Assembly: GCA_049570475.1 (NCBI GenBank)
Contig: CP186953.1
Location: 768,001 to 832,000, forward strand
DNA: 64,000 bases
DNA from: Candidatus Methanosuratincola verstraetei
GTDB lineage: Archaea; Thermoproteota; Methanomethylicia; Methanomethylicales; Methanomethylicaceae
Reading direction: 5' to 3'
The notes beneath the pieces were generated by a model. It saw nothing but the letters and a program-made list of their open reading frames with translations, had not been told where the DNA came from and did no database searches. Both the position numbers and the translations under genes were made by a program. Shown here piece by piece: positions 61,046-64,000 of this stretch. Every line of letters starts with the position of its first letter. The first letter of the stretch is position 1.

Positions 61046-62512
61046 ATGTCTCTCAGCCAATCAGAAGTCGAATTTCTCAATACCCTTGATCTGCTCGGTG
61101 GGAAGGCAGACTCCTCGACCATCGCTAGTAAGATGGGCATTCCTGAAAGTTCAATATTTCCGATCTCAAGCCTTTTGGCACAAAAAGGTTATGTTAAGAT
61201 CACCGAATCGGTAAAGGAAAAATTCTTTCTGACTGATGAGGGAAAGTACTGCGAATCTCAAGGCATGCCCGAAAAAAGGCTTATGGTCTTCCTGAAGCAA
61301 AAAGGAGGCCAAGTTTCCCTGAAGGAGTTGTCTGCCGTCCTAAAACAAAACGAGATATCGCCTGTCCTTGGTTGGGGCAGAAAAACTGGGGCCTTCTCGA
61401 TTGAGAAGGGACCCGGCGGTCCATATGTTATCCTGAAAAAAGATGTGCCTAGCTATTATGGATCCCTGCTCACCAAAATTAAAAACGGTCCGCAATCTTT
61501 TGACGAGGAAGAATGCAATATTTTGCGGGAACTCATATCTAGAGGCCTTGTCGTCAAGAAAGATCAAAAAGAAATTGTAATTGAATTAGTCCCAGGTGCA
61601 CACCTAGATCGAAGGGCAACCGTGAGCGTTCTGACCTCTGATGACATAAGGACTGGGAAATGGCGCGAGATCAGCCTGCGTCCTTATAATGTATCCGCCG
61701 CGCCACCCGAGCTCAAAATTGGCAAAAAACACCCTTACCTGGAGTTCCTGAAGGAAGTAAAGGAAATCCTTTTCAATATGGGTTTTGAAGAGACTGAAGG
61801 CCAATTCGTCGAAACGGAATTTTGGAATTTTGATGTTCTCTTTCAGGCTCAAGACCATCCTGCTCGAGCAGTCCATGACAGCTTCCAAGTAAAGAACGTG
61901 AGTGTAAGCATTGATGCCCCGTCAGAGCTTATTGAATCCGTTAGAGCCGTGCATGAATCAGGGGGGCATACTGGATCGAAGGGGTGGGGCTACAGATGGG
62001 ATATTGCGACGGCAGCACGTCCTCTGCTGAGGACTCAGATGACCGTAAATTCTGTCCGTTATTTGCATTCCCATAAGGACCCCCCGGTCAAGGCATTTAG
62101 CCTCTCAAAGGTCTTCAGACCCGATTTGATCGATTCGCGCCACATGGTCGAATTTTGCCAGCTTGACGGGATAGTCGGAGATCGTGGAATCAATGTAAGG
62201 CATCTGCTAGGGATTTTGCAGGAATTTTCGAGGCAGCTAGGATTTAAACGCATAAAGTTCAGGCCGAGTTATTACCCGTTCACCGAACCGAGCATTGATG
62301 CTTATGTCGAGCACCCGAAGTTAGGTTGGATAGAGTGCCTGGGAGCTGGGATGTTCCGACCCGAGGTCTTGGGTCCACTCGGGATTACATTTCCAGTGAT
62401 AGCCTGGGGAATCGGCATAGACCGGTTAGCCATGATCCGTTTGGGCATTAATGATATCCGAGAGCTCCATACTAACGACTTGAGCAAACTCAGGAGTTGG
62501 GGGTGGTGGTAG
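61046..62512 (+). CDS. pheS: Phenylalanyl-tRNA synthetase alpha subunit
   Basis: FWNFDVLFQAQDHPAR, LLRTQMT, YYPFTEPS, GAGMFRPEV, AWGIGIDR. Confidence 0.97.
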   Translation: MSLSQSEVEFLNTLDLLGGKADSSTIASKMGIPESSIFPISSLLAQKGYVKITESVKEKFFLTDEGKYCESQGMPEKRLMVFLKQKGGQVSLKELSAVLKQNEISPVLGWGRKTGAFSIEKGPGGPYVILKKDVPSYYGSLLTKIKNGPQSFDEEECNILRELISRGLVVKKDQKEIVIELVPGAHLDRRATVSVLTSDDIRTGKWREISLRPYNVSAAPPELKIGKKHPYLEFLKEVKEILFNMGFEETEGQFVETEFWNFDVLFQAQDHPARAVHDSFQVKNVSVSIDAPSELIESVRAVHESGGHTGSKGWGYRWDIATAARPLLRTQMTVNSVRYLHSHKDPPVKAFSLSKVFRPDLIDSRHMVEFCQLDGIVGDRGINVRHLLGILQEFSRQLGFKRIKFRPSYYPFTEPSIDAYVEHPKLGWIECLGAGMFRPEVLGPLGITFPVIAWGIGIDRLAMIRLGINDIRELHTNDLSKLRSWGWW

Positions 62513-62515
62513 GGC

Positions 62516-64000
62516 ATGCCGGTAATAACCTTGAATAGAGCAGATCTCTCGTCTCTTGTCGGTAAAGATCTCGCGCCTTCAGAGCTTGAAGATCTTTTGA
62601 CAGCAATGAAATGCGAGTTAGAGTCTTCCAATGGCATGGAAATAGTTGTAGAGGTCACATCCGATCGACCTGACCTTTTCAGCGCAGAGGGAATGTCAAG
62701 GGCCATCAGAAACTACCTTGGGATCGGTTCATTTTATAGCTACAAAGAATATGCAGGTTCCCCAATAGAACTGATAGTTTCAGAGTCTGTTGATGCGGTT
62801 CGCCCCTTGATTGTAGCTGCTGCTGTGAAGGGGGTATCGCTGAATGAAGAGGCATTGCGTCAGCTGATGCAGCTGCAAGAGAAGCTTCACAACACCTATG
62901 GGTCAAATAGAAGGAAGGCTTCGATAGGAGTTTACGATTTAGATAAGATCTCTCCTCCTTTGGTTTACGAAGCAAGACTGCCAGAAAAAATACGTTTCAC
63001 CCCCTTGGATCACCCCTCAGAATTAAGCGGAAGGGAAGTGCTTGAGCTCACTCCTAAAGGAAAAGAGTACGCAGATATAATCTCAAAAAGCCTGCTCTTC
63101 CCGCTTTTGGTCGATTCTAAAGATAAAGTCCTGTCGATGCCCCCTATTATAAACAGCGAGGAAACCCGGGTGTCTGAAGCAACTACTAACCTTTTAATCG
63201 ACGTAACTGGACTTGACACGAGGTCCATTAACATCTGCCTTAACATAATGACAACTTCGGCTCTGGAGAGGGGCGGCTCGCTGCAGTTCGTCGAGGTGAA
63301 AAAAAAGGGCAAGGTTTCGAGAACGCCCATCTTGGCAGAGTCTTTTCAGAATCTTAAGCTTGCAAGAGCTAAGGAGATTTCAGGCTTAGATCTAACAACT
63401 TCGGAGGTCATTTCTCTACTTAAGCGAATGGGGTACGCGACTGAAACCCTCCCAGACGGGGCAATACGAGCGAAAATACCGCCCTACAGGGTGGATATAC
63501 TGCATGAGGTCGACTTAATAGAGGACGTTATGATGGCATACGGCCTTAACCAAGTCCCGCCACTTTTCCCAAGAGTCCATACGATCGGGAAACCGTTGGA
63601 GGGAAGCAGGCTGAGGGAAAGAATAAGGGATCTCATGATCGGTATGGGGTTCATAGAGGTAGCAACATATGTTCTCAGTAGCCGTGATTTGATTGTGGAA
63701 AAGCCAATGCTTCATGAACGCCCGTTGGTCGAAGTAGCGAAGCCGGTGTCATCGGAATATGCTTTGCTCCGCGACATGTTGCTGCCAAAGCTGTTGGGCT
63801 TTATGTCGGCAAATGCCCATGTTGATTATCCACAAAAAATCTTCGAATACGGACCAGTAGTCATCCTCGAGAATGGTGCCCCGAAAATGGCTAACCATCT
63901 CGGCGCAGTCGCGAGCGACGCCCGTGTGAGTTTTGAAGAGATCCAGGCGGTGGCTTTCTCGTTGTTTAAAAATCTCTCTAAGGACGTAGAACTAAAGCGG
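62516..64000 (+). CDS. pheT: Phenylalanyl-tRNA synthetase beta subunit, 3' end outside window
   Basis: Manual translation MPVITL...DRPDLFSAEG...QLQEKLH...SMPPIINSE...PPYRVDILHEVDLIEDV; follows pheS. Confidence 0.95.
   Translation, partial: MPVITLNRADLSSLVGKDLAPSELEDLLTAMKCELESSNGMEIVVEVTSDRPDLFSAEGMSRAIRNYLGIGSFYSYKEYAGSPIELIVSESVDAVRPLIVAAAVKGVSLNEEALRQLMQLQEKLHNTYGSNRRKASIGVYDLDKISPPLVYEARLPEKIRFTPLDHPSELSGREVLELTPKGKEYADIISKSLLFPLLVDSKDKVLSMPPIINSEETRVSEATTNLLIDVTGLDTRSINICLNIMTTSALERGGSLQFVEVKKKGKVSRTPILAESFQNLKLARAKEISGLDLTTSEVISLLKRMGYATETLPDGAIRAKIPPYRVDILHEVDLIEDVMMAYGLNQVPPLFPRVHTIGKPLEGSRLRERIRDLMIGMGFIEVATYVLSSRDLIVEKPMLHERPLVEVAKPVSSEYALLRDMLLPKLLGFMSANAHVDYPQKIFEYGPVVILENGAPKMANHLGAVASDARVSFEEIQAVAFSLFKNLSKDVELKR

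Overview
Core chromosome segment of an archaeon of the TACK/Thermoproteota group. Elf1, PolD, a tRNA-free 16S-23S spacer, an unlinked 5S gene, DUF1512/DUF2070, an FrhB-family protein and DUF2117 together suggest Methanomethylicia (Verstraetearchaeota); this is an inference, not a database match. The window holds information-processing genes (tfe, trm56, mbf1, pan, nac, rpa, elf1, polD DP2, tiaS, tsr3, aRF1, pheST) and lipid genes (HMG-CoA synthase/thiolase/DUF35, GGGP synthase). It also holds hypF, a nickel ECF transporter and proBAC. RNA genes are 16S, 23S, 5S, RNase P RNA and seven tRNAs, four of them with introns. No mobile element or CRISPR array was seen. The two most notable observations are: (1) an apparently catalytically dead class III ribonucleotide reductase fused to an N-terminal ArsR-type winged HTH plus ATP-cone, a candidate nucleotide-sensing transcription factor; and (2) a 1.1-kb AT-rich non-coding region with inward-facing ORB-like boxes, two 11-6-11 dif-like palindromes and other repeats, flanked by three uncharacterised HTH genes rather than orc1/cdc6, a candidate orphan replication origin with dedicated DNA-binding proteins. 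Also of note are a two-intron tRNA-Trp, an enlarged ES9-site hairpin in 23S rRNA and a FYVE-like zinc finger.
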